From Acetobacteraceae bacterium (GTDB lineage: Bacteria; Pseudomonadota; Alphaproteobacteria; Acetobacterales; Acetobacteraceae): a stretch of 64,000 nucleotides of DNA. This document shows, one piece after another, positions 27,722-37,016 of this stretch; the first letter of the stretch is position 1, and each line of letters opens with the position of its first letter. Under the pieces are notes generated by a model. It was not told where the DNA came from. It searched no databases and saw only the letters and a program-made list of their open reading frames with translations. The stretch lies in NCBI GenBank assembly GCA_041487355.1, contig JBGPND010000001.1, positions 17,791-81,790 on the forward strand, written 5' to 3'. The position numbers and the translations under genes are program-made.

Positions 27722-28852
27722 TCATGATTGCGCGCCTCGCATTCCGGACTTCCCCGGTCGGCCCCGGACCAGGAAGCGTATGAGGCCGAACGCCGCCAGC
27801 AGCCACGACAGCCAGGCAAGCCAGAAGAAGCCGGCGGGAATCAGTTGCAGGAATGGCAGGCCGGCGGCGAGGCGGAACACTTCGGTCGACGCGGTGTACA
27901 TGCCTAACGGAAACACCATCGACCACTGGCCCGGCTCGTAGCGCACTGGTTCGCGCCGCGCGATGTGCTTCCAGGCGAACAGGATCACCAGCAATGGAAT
28001 CCAGAAGGTCGCGGTCGCCCAGAGGATCACGGTGATCGGACCCGCCACCTGGCGCAGCAGCGCGACATGGATGTCGAACTGCGGCAATTGCATCAGCCGC
28101 CCGCCCGCAAGCGTGGCGATCGCCACCGCGCCCATGTTGATCCACCACGGCCCCACCAGCTCGTCCACCGACATCGGCAGGAACACGAAGCGGTAGGTGA
28201 TCAGCGCTACCAGCAGAACGTAAAACATCCCGCCCAGCAGAAAGGCAGCGAGGGACAGGAATATCAGCGGTCCCGGCGTGGCACTGAGAGGCGCCACGTA
28301 ACTGCCCAGCACGGCGAGCGATTCCGTCGCCACCACCACCAGCAGCCACCCTCCGTTCAGCCCGTACTGCACTGCCGGCTTCACCGGCTGGAGCGTGATC
28401 GCGGCAAGGAATGCGTAAAGCAGCACCGCCCAGAGGATCGCGGCGAGGCCGAGCAGCCAGGGCAGCAGCCCCAGAGCAAGGCCGTAGACGCCACACTGAC
28501 TGCCCAGCACGCCGGTGGCCGCGACCATGGTGAGGAAGCCCGCCCCCCGATCATGGCTGGCAAGCTCGGTCAGGACCGCGCGCGGAAAGCACGCGATGCG
28601 CGTCAACATCATCACCCACATCGCCGGGTACAGCGCGACATTGACGATGCACAGCGTCCAGCCGATCGCATCGTGAGCCAACAGGCGAGCAGCGATCGAA
28701 ACGATGCCGGTCGCCATGACGATTGCGAAGCCACCAGGGGCGAAGGTGCCAAGCCACTCCTCGAACTTCGCCATCCCGGCCGTCGTTTCACCGGCCGGAA
28801 ATGCGCTTCGGCTGTTCACGCGGGTTCCCTCGCCACTCTGGCCACGATTCAC
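27722..28852 (-). CDS. tellurite-resistance/dicarboxylate transporter (TDT, TehA-like) family protein
   Basis: About 10 TM segments and ...GGFAIVMATGIVSIA... near the N-terminus. The start is uncertain: GTG 28852 or ATG 28774. Confidence 0.75.
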   Translation of the reverse strand: MNRGQSGEGTRVNSRSAFPAGETTAGMAKFEEWLGTFAPGGFAIVMATGIVSIAARLLAHDAIGWTLCIVNVALYPAMWVMMLTRIACFPRAVLTELASHDRGAGFLTMVAATGVLGSQCGVYGLALGLLPWLLGLAAILWAVLLYAFLAAITLQPVKPAVQYGLNGGWLLVVVATESLAVLGSYVAPLSATPGPLIFLSLAAFLLGGMFYVLLVALITYRFVFLPMSVDELVGPWWINMGAVAIATLAGGRLMQLPQFDIHVALLRQVAGPITVILWATATFWIPLLVILFAWKHIARREPVRYEPGQWSMVFPLGMYTASTEVFRLAAGLPFLQLIPAGFFWLAWLSWLLAAFGLIRFLVRGRPGKSGMRGAQS

Positions 28853-28919
28853 ACCGCCGCCACCCTGCCAACAATCCGCCGTCGTTGACAGAAGGCCAGG
28901 CGGACCTATCTAATGCGAT

Positions 28920-28935
28920 TGTAGCCAAGGCTACA
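28920..28935. promoter_or_regulatory. candidate MntR operator upstream of mntH
   Basis: Perfect palindrome TGTAGCC-AA-GGCTACA 38 nt upstream of the mntH ATG. The DtxR-family mntR gene lies immediately downstream of mntH. The site resembles the E. coli MntR box (..CATAGC..GCTATG..) as I remember it. Confidence 0.55.
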
Positions 28936-28972
28936 TTCTGTGGGACTGGGTTCATAGTATGGTCGTGGCTGC

Positions 28973-30286
28973 ATGAGCCAGAGCCTGGTGCAACGCGCAA
29001 GCCTGTCCGACCGGACGGTCGCGGCTGGCCGCGAGGTGCTGGCCGGCCGCCGGCGCGGCATGCGGGCCTTCCTGCCGTTCGCCGGCCCCGCCGTGATCGC
29101 CTCGATCGCCTACATGGACCCCGGCAACTTCGCCACCAACATCCAGGGCGGCGCGCAGTTCGGCTACCTGCTGCTCTGGGTCGTGGTGCTGGCCAACCTG
29201 GTCGCCATGCTGTTCCAGGCGCTCTCGGCCAAGCTCGGCATCGTCACCGGCCAAAGCCTGGCACAGCTTTGCCGGACGCATTTCCCCCGCCCCCTGGTCT
29301 ACGCCATGTGGGTTGCGAGCGAGGTGGCGGCGATGGCGACCGACCTCGCCGAATCGCTCGGCGCCGCCATCGGCTTGAGCCTGCTGTTCGGCCTGCCGCT
29401 GCTGACCGGCCTGCTGATCACCTTCGCCGCGACCTACATCATGCTGCTGCTGCAGGGACGCGGCTTCCGGCCGATCGAGATGCTGATCGCGGCGTTCATC
29501 GGCGTGATCGCCGTCTGCTACCTGGTCGAACTGTTCGTCGCCCCGCCCGACTGGGGCGCCTTCGCCTTCCACGCCGTGGTGCCCGGGCTCGCCGGGCCGG
29601 AAAGCGTCACGCTGGCGGTCGGCATCATCGGCGCGACCGTGATGCCGCACGCGATCTATCTGCATTCCAGCCTGACCCAGGGCCGCGTGCCAGCCCGCAA
29701 CGACGCGGATCGCCGGCGAATCATCGGCTACTCCAACCGCGAGGTGCTGTTCGCCCTCGGCATCGCCGGACTGGTGAACATGGCCATGCTGGCGATGGCC
29801 GCCTCGGTGTTCCACGAGGGCCACGCCGAGGTGGCGGCGATCGAGACGGCGTATCATACGCTGGTACCGCTGCTCGGCCTCGGCGCCGCGGCGGTGTTCA
29901 TGGCCTCGCTGCTGGCCTCGGGCCTGTCCAGTTCGGTGGTCGGCACGATGGCCGGCCAGGTGATCATGCAGGACTTCGTGCATTTCCGCATTCCGCTCTG
30001 GTTCCGCCGCCTGGCGACCATGGTGCCGGCCGTCGTCGTGGTGGGCATGGGCGTGGATTCGACCCAGGCGCTGGTGCTGAGCCAGGTGGTGCTGAGCCTC
30101 ATCCTCCCCGTGCCGATGATCGCCCTGCTCGTGCTCTCCGGTCGGCGTGATGTGATGGGACCGTTCGCCAACCGGCGTGCCATGCAGGTAGTCGCTGTGG
30201 TTGCGGCCACGGTGGTGCTCGCCCTGAACCTGCTTCTGCTCTTGCAGACAGCCGGCATAGAGGTGTCTTTTCTCGGCTCCAACTGA
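28973..30286 (+). CDS. mntH: Nramp family divalent metal (Mn2+/Fe2+) transporter
   Basis: ...IAYMDPGNFATNIQGGAQFGY... (DPGN motif) and ...ATVMPHAIYLHS...; 437 aa. Confidence 0.93.
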   Translation: MSQSLVQRASLSDRTVAAGREVLAGRRRGMRAFLPFAGPAVIASIAYMDPGNFATNIQGGAQFGYLLLWVVVLANLVAMLFQALSAKLGIVTGQSLAQLCRTHFPRPLVYAMWVASEVAAMATDLAESLGAAIGLSLLFGLPLLTGLLITFAATYIMLLLQGRGFRPIEMLIAAFIGVIAVCYLVELFVAPPDWGAFAFHAVVPGLAGPESVTLAVGIIGATVMPHAIYLHSSLTQGRVPARNDADRRRIIGYSNREVLFALGIAGLVNMAMLAMAASVFHEGHAEVAAIETAYHTLVPLLGLGAAAVFMASLLASGLSSSVVGTMAGQVIMQDFVHFRIPLWFRRLATMVPAVVVVGMGVDSTQALVLSQVVLSLILPVPMIALLVLSGRRDVMGPFANRRAMQVVAVVAATVVLALNLLLLLQTAGIEVSFLGSN

Positions 30287-30305
30287 CGGCGTCACAGGAG
30301 TCGCC

Positions 30306-30758
30306 TTGGCAAGCCCGGGGCCGAGCACACGGCGTGCCAACCTGCCAGCCGAGCCAACCCAGGCGCGGCGGTTCGGCAAGGCGCGCACCGCGCAGTCCGG
30401 CGCCCTGTCCGAGGACTATGTCGAGCTGATCTCCGACCTGCTGGCTAGCGGTGGCGAGGCGCGTCCCACCGACATCGCGCGCCGCCTCGGGGTCTCGCAT
30501 GCCACCGCGATCAAGACGATCGGCCGCCTGAAGCGCGAGGGGCTGACGATGGCCAAGCCATACCGCGGCGTATTCCTCACCGAGGCGGGAGAACGGCTCG
30601 CCGAGCGGGTGCGGACCCGGCACAGGTTGGTGGTAGACCTGCTGCTGGCCGTCGGTGTTCCGGCCGAGGCGGCCGAACAGGACGCCGAGGGCATCGAACA
30701 CCATGTGTCCGATGCCAGTCTGGCCGCGTTCGGGCGGTTCCTCCGCCGCCGGGCCTGA
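30306..30758 (+). CDS. mntR: manganese-responsive transcriptional regulator, DtxR family
   Basis: TTG start with AGGAG 5 nt upstream. ...SEDYVELISDL...ARPTDIARRLGVSHATAIKTIGRLKREGL... and ...AEGIEHHVS are present. Confidence 0.85.
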   Translation: MASPGPSTRRANLPAEPTQARRFGKARTAQSGALSEDYVELISDLLASGGEARPTDIARRLGVSHATAIKTIGRLKREGLTMAKPYRGVFLTEAGERLAERVRTRHRLVVDLLLAVGVPAEAAEQDAEGIEHHVSDASLAAFGRFLRRRA

Positions 30759-30772
30759 CGCGGTGGCCGACT

Positions 30773-32029
30773 CTACCGAAGCATGGATCTGGCGCCGCTG
30801 AGCAGCATGATGCTTCCTGCGAGCTCCAGCACGATGCACAGGATCAGGGCCGCGGCGTAACCGCCGGTGATGTCGTACGCCACCGCAAGCAGGGTCGGGC
30901 CGAACGCCATCATTGCCTGCCCGACCATCGAGTTGAGGCCGACCACCAGGCCAAAGGACCGGGCGGCGAATTCCCGCTGGATGATCAGCGACGGCAGCGT
31001 GATGACATTGCCGACCGACAGACCGAACACGATGCTGCCGGCATAGAGCGCGGTCCGCTCGTCGGGCAGCGCCAGCATCAGCCCCAGCGCGGCGGCCTGA
31101 CTTGCGAAGCTGGCTGCCGAGGCGAGGCGCTGGTTCAACCGGTCGATCACGCCGGCCAGTGCCAGCCGCCCCACCGTGGCGGCGATGGCGGTGCTCGCGA
31201 TGGCCATGCCCGCGCCCTGGTTGCCCAGATGCGGCAGCAGGAATGCCACCTGGTGCACGATGAAGCCGACCTGCGCCGCCAGCGCCAGCGCGAACGGCAG
31301 CGATATCAGCCAGAAACGCAGGTTGCGCAGTATCTGCGACGGGCTCGTCAGCAATGGCAGTTTGGCCGCGTCATGGGTGGCGTCCATGTGGAACGGCATG
31401 TTCGAGGGCAAGCCACCGGCCGGCGGGCGCCCGACGCCTGCCAGCACCACCGGCAGCAGCACCGCCAGCGCGGCCAGCACGAGAACCGGCACGGCCTGCT
31501 CGAGGCCCATGCCGTGGCCGAACCGCACCAGCAACGGCGCGATGACGAACCCCCCCGTGCTGGCACCGTTCAATGCCAGGCTGATCGCCATTCCCCGCCG
31601 TCGATCGAACCAGTTGGCAAGCGTCGTCGCGATCGCCGTTGTCGTGGTGCAGGCCCAGCCGGCTGCCATGACCAGGCTGCAGGCGTAGAGCTGCCAGGGA
31701 ACCTGCGCCCGGCTGAGCCCGATAACGCCGGCACCCAGGATCACGGCGCCGGCCGCGAGCACGATGCGCGGGCCGGCAAACGCGATCACCCGGTGAACCG
31801 ATGTCAGCAGGAATGCGCCGGCGAGGTAGTAGACCGTCGTCGCCGACGCGATCAGTGAGGCCGGCCAGCCATGGGTCTGCCGCAATTCGGCCAGGTAGAC
31901 CGACTGGCCGTAGAAGCCAAATCCCCAGGCGAAGGTGGCCGCGCAGAAGCAGGCCAGCACGACCGGCCAGCCCTCGCGGAACTCGCTCGACTGCGCCGCC
32001 GAGCGGGGCGATGCGGCGGCGCTGCTCAT
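30773..32029 (-). CDS. MFS transporter
   Basis: I chose ATG 32029 (MSSAAASPRSAAQSSEFREGWPVVLACF...), giving 418 aa and about 12 TM segments. The 116-codon upstream extension of the ORF is Arg-rich and would run into the divergent LysR promoter region. Confidence 0.8.
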   Translation of the reverse strand: MSSAAASPRSAAQSSEFREGWPVVLACFCAATFAWGFGFYGQSVYLAELRQTHGWPASLIASATTVYYLAGAFLLTSVHRVIAFAGPRIVLAAGAVILGAGVIGLSRAQVPWQLYACSLVMAAGWACTTTTAIATTLANWFDRRRGMAISLALNGASTGGFVIAPLLVRFGHGMGLEQAVPVLVLAALAVLLPVVLAGVGRPPAGGLPSNMPFHMDATHDAAKLPLLTSPSQILRNLRFWLISLPFALALAAQVGFIVHQVAFLLPHLGNQGAGMAIASTAIAATVGRLALAGVIDRLNQRLASAASFASQAAALGLMLALPDERTALYAGSIVFGLSVGNVITLPSLIIQREFAARSFGLVVGLNSMVGQAMMAFGPTLLAVAYDITGGYAAALILCIVLELAGSIMLLSGARSMLR

Positions 32030-32198
32030 GGCGCCGGCTTCTGCCGTGCGACGCCGGTATCGTGCAGTGTGGCCATCGTCGCACCGCTCCTCTTGGCGTG
32101 CAGGAAATCTGCACTTGCCGGGGCACCGTGCGGCGCGCCCGGCATCGGCACAAACGATTCTTCCTGGCAGGTCCGATTGAGAAATTCTATCCTGAGCC

Positions 32199-33143
32199 AT
32201 GCCCAGCCTGCCGCCCCTGAACGCCTTGCGCGCCTTCGAGGCAACCGCCCGGCATCTCAGCATGAAGGAGGCTGCCGCCGAGCTGGCCGTCACGCCCGGT
32301 GCGGTCAGCCAGCTCGTGCGTGGACTGGAGGAGCGCCTCGGTACGAAGCTGTTCCGCCGTGCCAATCGCTCGCTCACGCTGAGCGAGGCTGGGCAGGCCT
32401 ATTTCGTGCCGATCCGGCACGCGTTCCGCCAGATCGGCGAGGCGACGCGGCGCCTCCAGGCAATGCCGCAGGCCGGCATGCTCACCGTCAGCGCGCCGCC
32501 TGCCTTCGCGGCCTCCTGGCTGGTGCCACGGCTCGGCCGGTTCTCCGCTCGCCACCCGGACATCGAGCTGAGCATCGCCACGACCCGCAGGCTGGCGAAT
32601 TTCTCCGCCGATGGCGTTGACGTGGCGATCCGCCACGGGCTCGGTCGTTACCCGGGGCTGCACTGCGACCGCATCGCCACGATCGCCATGATCCCGGTGT
32701 GCGGTCCCGGCTTCCTTGCGGCGCTCGCGCATCGCAGACCGCAGCTTCCGGCTGATCTGCTCGGCCTGAAGCTGCTGCAGGATACCGAGCGGCAGGACTG
32801 GGCGCTGTGGTTCCAGGCGCAGGGCGTCGTCGACATCACCCATGCGGCGCTCAGCGGCATCAGCTTTGATGACCAGATGCTACTGATGCGTGCCGCGGCG
32901 TCCGACCAGGGGATCGCGCTCGTCACCGAGACACTGGCGCGTCCGGAGCTGGAGCGCGGCAGTCTGGTGCGTGTTCTCGACGTCGCCTGGCCGCAGGAGT
33001 TCGCCTACTGGCTGGTGTGTCCGCGCGCCACCGCCGATCAGCCGAAGATCGTCGCCTTCCGCGACTGGCTGCTTGAGGAAGGCCGGCGGATCACTGCGAG
33101 CGCGCATCCAGCCAGGCGAGCAACGCCGGGCCGAAGGCCTTGA
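32199..33143 (+). CDS. LysR family transcriptional regulator (GcvA-like)
   Basis: MPSLPPLNALRAFEATARHLSMKEAAAELAVTPGAVSQLVRGLEERLG...; 314 aa. It is divergent from the MFS gene. Confidence 0.88.
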   Translation: MPSLPPLNALRAFEATARHLSMKEAAAELAVTPGAVSQLVRGLEERLGTKLFRRANRSLTLSEAGQAYFVPIRHAFRQIGEATRRLQAMPQAGMLTVSAPPAFAASWLVPRLGRFSARHPDIELSIATTRRLANFSADGVDVAIRHGLGRYPGLHCDRIATIAMIPVCGPGFLAALAHRRPQLPADLLGLKLLQDTERQDWALWFQAQGVVDITHAALSGISFDDQMLLMRAAASDQGIALVTETLARPELERGSLVRVLDVAWPQEFAYWLVCPRATADQPKIVAFRDWLLEEGRRITASAHPARRATPGRRP

Positions 33144-34008
33144 GGCTCTTGTAGTGCACGGTCGCTTCCGGCAACGCCCGCACCGCTTCGGCAAGCCGCG
33201 CAGCGATGGCCGGCTTCGTGATGGCCGAGGCCAGCTTATAGCTGTGCACGCGGATGCCGAACAGGACGGCGTTTGTCCGAGGCAGGCGCGTCAAGGTCTG
33301 CCGCTCGACGCGGAGATAGAGTGTGTTGCCGGCGTTATCCGGAGTGATCGCTGTGTTCGTTGCCTCGCGCCACTTGCCGGTGGGCTGGTACATCGTCGGA
33401 TCGTCCAGCACGGACCAGTTGAGCCGCGATGCGATGTGGCTCGGCTTGACCTTCGTCATGAAACGATCGACCGGTGTTGCGAGGCGTTCGGCGTAGAACG
33501 GCACCGGGCCATGCACCGCCGCGAGCGGGCGGCCCAGTTTCTCGTGCAGGCGCCAGCGGCTGGGGAAGCACAGGACGGCCGCGGTAAAGCGTGGCGGAGC
33601 GCCTGCGTCGGTCTGGATGATGCAGAGATCCTCCTGCACGAGGCGACCGGCGAGTTCCAGCGGATGGCACGGCGGCGCGGCGAGGTTCCATGTCTCATCG
33701 GTCAGCCGATTGGCCAGCGTGTTGCCATCCAGGCTGAACCAGTCGGGAAACTGCGTGGTCAGATAAGCCACAAGACGCTGCAGCACCTCGCGGCTAGTGT
33801 CCTCGGCCTCCGGCAGCACGGCGAACACGTCGTCATGCCGCTCGGCCAGCAGCCTGCAACGCTCCGCCATTTCCTCCGTGTAGCGCGCATCGAGTTCGAT
33901 CCATTCCGCCTCGGGCACCGTGACCAGGCTCATCGCCATGCGGTAAGGCCCGGTTTCGAACGGCAGATGGACCGCTTCCGGTGAAGGCTGCCGCATCGCG
34001 GTTGCCAC
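33091..34008 (-). CDS. DUF3445 family protein (heme-dependent oxidative N-demethylase-like)
   Basis: ...VQEDLCIIQ...FPSRWRLHEKLGRPLAAVHGPVP...NWSV... fits DUF3445 as I recall it; 305 aa. Confidence 0.65.
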   Translation of the reverse strand: MATAMRQPSPEAVHLPFETGPYRMAMSLVTVPEAEWIELDARYTEEMAERCRLLAERHDDVFAVLPEAEDTSREVLQRLVAYLTTQFPDWFSLDGNTLANRLTDETWNLAAPPCHPLELAGRLVQEDLCIIQTDAGAPPRFTAAVLCFPSRWRLHEKLGRPLAAVHGPVPFYAERLATPVDRFMTKVKPSHIASRLNWSVLDDPTMYQPTGKWREATNTAITPDNAGNTLYLRVERQTLTRLPRTNAVLFGIRVHSYKLASAITKPAIAARLAEAVRALPEATVHYKSLKAFGPALLAWLDARSQ

Positions 34009-34012
34009 GCGG

Positions 34013-35218
34013 TCAGATCACACCCTTGGCCCTGAGATCAGCGAGCGCCGCGGCATCCAGTCCAAGCCGTTCGGACAGCACCGCATCGGTGTGTTCGCCG
34101 AGCAGCGGCGGGGGGATGCGATAGTCGGGCGGGGTCTCCGACAGACGCACCGGATTGGCGATCACCTTCACCGTCTCGCCGGAACCATGCGACATCTGCA
34201 CCACCGCGTTGCGCGCCACCACGTGCGGATCGGCGAACACCTCGGACAGCTTGTTGATCGGCCCGCAGCCGATCTTCAGCGCCTCCAGCTTGTCCACCCA
34301 CCAGACCGTCGGATGCTGCTGCATCACCGGCGTCAACGTGTCAGTCACCAACTGCCGGTTCTCGACCCGCGCCGCGTTGGTGGCGAAGCGCGCATCCTCC
34401 AGCAGATGCGTCAGCGCGAAAGCCTCGCAGAACCGCTTGAACGTCGGGTCGTTGCCGATCGACAGCACGATGTGCCCGTCCACGGTGGGGAACACCTGAT
34501 ACGGCACGATGTTCGGATGCTGATTGCCGAGCCGCGCCGGGTTCTCGCCGGTGGCGAGGTAGTTCATGCCCTGGTTCGCCAGCCACGCGACATGCGTGTC
34601 CAGCATGCCGATGTCGATCTGCTGGCCTTGCCCTGTCGCGTCGCGATGCCGCAGTGCCGCAAGAATGCCGATGCAGCCATACAGTCCGGCGAACAGGTCG
34701 GCGACCGGCACGCCAACCTTCTGCGGCAGCCCATCCGGCTCCCCGGTCAGGCTCATCACCCCGCCCATCGCCTGGATCAGCGAGTCATAGCCCGGGCGCG
34801 GCGCATACGGCCCGGTCTGGCCGAAGCCGGTGATCGAGCAATAAATCAGCCGCGGAAACTTCGCGTGCAGCTCCTCATACCCCAGCCCGTATTTCGCCAG
34901 CGCACCGACCTTGAAGTTCTCCACCAGGATGTCGCATTGCGCGATGAGCTCCAGCGCGATCGCCTGGCCCTCCGGCTTCGCAATGTCGAGCGTGACCGAG
35001 CGCTTGTTGCGGTTCACCCCGACGAAATACGCGCTCTCCTTCGTTCCAGGCATATACGGCGGCGCGAAGCCGCGCGTGTCGTCGCCGGCACCCGGCTTCT
35101 CGATCTTGATCACGTCGGCGCCGAGATCGGCCAACATCTGCGCGCAGGTCGGGCCAGCCAGGACACGTGTCAGGTCGAAGACGCGCAGACCGCGCAGGGG
35201 TCCGGTGGGTTCGCTCAT
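34013..35218 (-). CDS. CoA transferase, family III (CaiB/BaiF)
   Basis: I chose ATG 35218 (MSEPTGPLRGLRVFDLTRVLAGPTCAQMLADLGADVIKIE...); 401 aa. Confidence 0.88.
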   Translation of the reverse strand: MSEPTGPLRGLRVFDLTRVLAGPTCAQMLADLGADVIKIEKPGAGDDTRGFAPPYMPGTKESAYFVGVNRNKRSVTLDIAKPEGQAIALELIAQCDILVENFKVGALAKYGLGYEELHAKFPRLIYCSITGFGQTGPYAPRPGYDSLIQAMGGVMSLTGEPDGLPQKVGVPVADLFAGLYGCIGILAALRHRDATGQGQQIDIGMLDTHVAWLANQGMNYLATGENPARLGNQHPNIVPYQVFPTVDGHIVLSIGNDPTFKRFCEAFALTHLLEDARFATNAARVENRQLVTDTLTPVMQQHPTVWWVDKLEALKIGCGPINKLSEVFADPHVVARNAVVQMSHGSGETVKVIANPVRLSETPPDYRIPPPLLGEHTDAVLSERLGLDAAALADLRAKGVI

Positions 35219-35338
35219 CGGTCTCTCCAACTTGCCGGGCCGCGACGACGGGTCCATATCGGCAGGCCGCTTATAGGTCCGTCGCCTGGGGAGGCAAACC
35301 CGACGCCGGATCGCACGACCCGGGAGGAGACGCCGGCA

Positions 35339-36592
35339 ATGCCGGATTCAGGCGCCATGCCGCGACGCGCGGCAAGCATCGAGAGCCGCGCGTCCTGGAT
35401 CGCCGCATGCCTGACGCTTGGCATCCTGTCGATTTCCTACGGCTCGCCGCTGCTGGTCGTGGTGGGGTTGAAGCCGATCCAGGAAGCGCTCGGCACCGAC
35501 CGATCCGTGGTGGCGCTGGCCGGCGCGCTGGTCTGGGTGGGGACCGGTCTCGGCGGCATCATGATGGGCTGGCTGGCGGACCGCATCGGCATCCGCCTCA
35601 CCGCGACCATCGGCGCGCTGATGATGGCGCTCGGCCTCGCGATATCCGCCACCGGCAGCGTCTGGGCGCTCTATGTCGGGCACGGGCTGCTGATCGGCCT
35701 GGTCGGCAACGGCGCGATTTATGCGCCGCTGGTGATCTATGTCCTCCGCTGGTTCGACCGCCGCCGCGGTTCCGCGTTGGCATTGATCTCATCGGGCCAG
35801 TACATCGCCGGCATCGTCTGGCCGGCCGTGTTCGAGCGCGGCATCACACTATATGGCTGGCAGATGACGATGCTGGCGTATTCCGCCGTGGTGGTCGCGG
35901 TGATCCTGCCGCTGACCCTGTTATGCCTGCGCCCGTCGCCGGAGCCGCTGGCCTCGCACGCGATGTCAGGCAATCCGCGCAAGGGTGCGTCCGTGCTCGG
36001 CATGCCGGCCAATCTCGTGCTGACACTGATCTGCGTCGCGGCGTTCTTCTGCTGCATTCCGATGGCGGTGCCGAACGCGCATCTGGTGGCGTTCTGCACC
36101 GACCTTGGCATCGTGCCGACGCACGGCGCGGCGATGCTGTCGGTGCTGCTGGCCTGCGCCTTCGTCAGCCGGCAGTTCTGGGGAATGCTGGCCGACCGCA
36201 TCGGCGGGTTGCGCGCGGTCATGGTGGGATCGGCCTGTCAGGCGCTGGCGATCGGGGCCTTCCTGCTGACCCAGAACGAGCTCGGGCTGTTCGCTGTCTC
36301 GGCCGCGTTCGGCCTCGGCTTCTCCGGCATCATCCCGTCCTACATCGTGGCGATCCGCGAGCTGTTTCCGTCATCCGAGGCCGCGTGGCGGGTCCCCACA
36401 TTTCTGTTCCTCGGCATGTCCGGCATGGCGTTCGGAAGCTGGCTGGCCGGCGCGCTGTATGACCATTTCGGCTTCTACGCGCCGGCATTCGCGGTGGGCG
36501 TGTTCTTCAATCTGGCGAACCTGATCGTGATCGGCTTCCTGGTAGCGCGGCAGTCGCACGGCAGCGAGCGCCTGGCGGTCGCATATCGCTGA
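35339..36592 (+). CDS. MFS transporter (oxalate/formate antiporter-like)
   Basis: ATG 35339 with GGGAGGAGA upstream; about 12 TM segments; ...GWLADRIGIR... motif. The ORF track shows it fused to an antisense open frame starting at 34091. Confidence 0.8.
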   Translation: MPDSGAMPRRAASIESRASWIAACLTLGILSISYGSPLLVVVGLKPIQEALGTDRSVVALAGALVWVGTGLGGIMMGWLADRIGIRLTATIGALMMALGLAISATGSVWALYVGHGLLIGLVGNGAIYAPLVIYVLRWFDRRRGSALALISSGQYIAGIVWPAVFERGITLYGWQMTMLAYSAVVVAVILPLTLLCLRPSPEPLASHAMSGNPRKGASVLGMPANLVLTLICVAAFFCCIPMAVPNAHLVAFCTDLGIVPTHGAAMLSVLLACAFVSRQFWGMLADRIGGLRAVMVGSACQALAIGAFLLTQNELGLFAVSAAFGLGFSGIIPSYIVAIRELFPSSEAAWRVPTFLFLGMSGMAFGSWLAGALYDHFGFYAPAFAVGVFFNLANLIVIGFLVARQSHGSERLAVAYR

Positions 36593-36595
36593 GCG

Positions 36596-36690
36596 TGTCA
36601 TTGCGAGAAGCAAAGCGACGCGGCAATGCGGCAATCTCGTGGTCGGTGCGCAACCACCACGAGATTGCTTCGCTCCGCTCGCAATGACAG
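36596..36690. repeat. palindromic REP, family A
   Basis: tgtcattgcgagaagcaaagcgacgcggcaatgcggcaatctcgtgg...ccacgagattgcttcgctccgctcgcaatgacag, between convergent genes. Confidence 0.9.
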
Positions 36691-36705
36691 TCGGACGCTC
36701 GACGT

Positions 36706-36966
36706 TTACCGCGCGGCGGCGATACCGGCGCGGACCTCGGCGATCGCCTGATCGACCAGACGCATCGCGTTGACACGATGCCCGCCCTTGTTGGCTTCGG
36801 CGACCTGCTGCTCGCTCCTGGCGGTCTGCAATGCCACCAGCGCGTTGTCCATGTGCGGCTGCGCGGCAATGGCGAGGCCGCCGACAAAGCTTGCCGCGGC
36901 AATGGCAGTCACGGCCGCGATACCAGCAAGGCGACGCCGACCGACCCAGGGTGTTTGTTCGCCCAT
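36706..36966 (-). CDS. small exported hypothetical protein
   Basis: I chose ATG 36966 (MGEQTPWVGRRRLAGIAAVTAIAAASFVGGLAIAAQ...), giving a signal-like N-terminus and then 50 helical residues; 86 aa. Confidence 0.45.
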   Translation of the reverse strand: MGEQTPWVGRRRLAGIAAVTAIAAASFVGGLAIAAQPHMDNALVALQTARSEQQVAEANKGGHRVNAMRLVDQAIAEVRAGIAAAR

Positions 36967-37016
36967 GTTCCCCTCCTCAACGTCGCTGCAATCATGCCGG
37001 ATAAGCAACCTGCTTG

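Noticed and set aside
30773-32377. 534-aa version of the MFS transporter ORF.
   Set aside because: The first 116 codons are Arg/Ala-rich with no TM segment and would overlap the divergent LysR promoter and start (32199). ATG 32029 gives a normal 12-TM MFS protein.
33091-33143. 53-nt convergent overlap between the LysR gene and the DUF3445 gene, as a possible sign of a frameshift or antisense regulation.
   Set aside because: Both reading frames show family-typical sequence up to their stops, and the LysR tail (…RITASAHPARRATPGRRP) is merely unconserved-looking. Such overlaps occur in GC-rich genomes, so nothing further can be concluded without transcript data.
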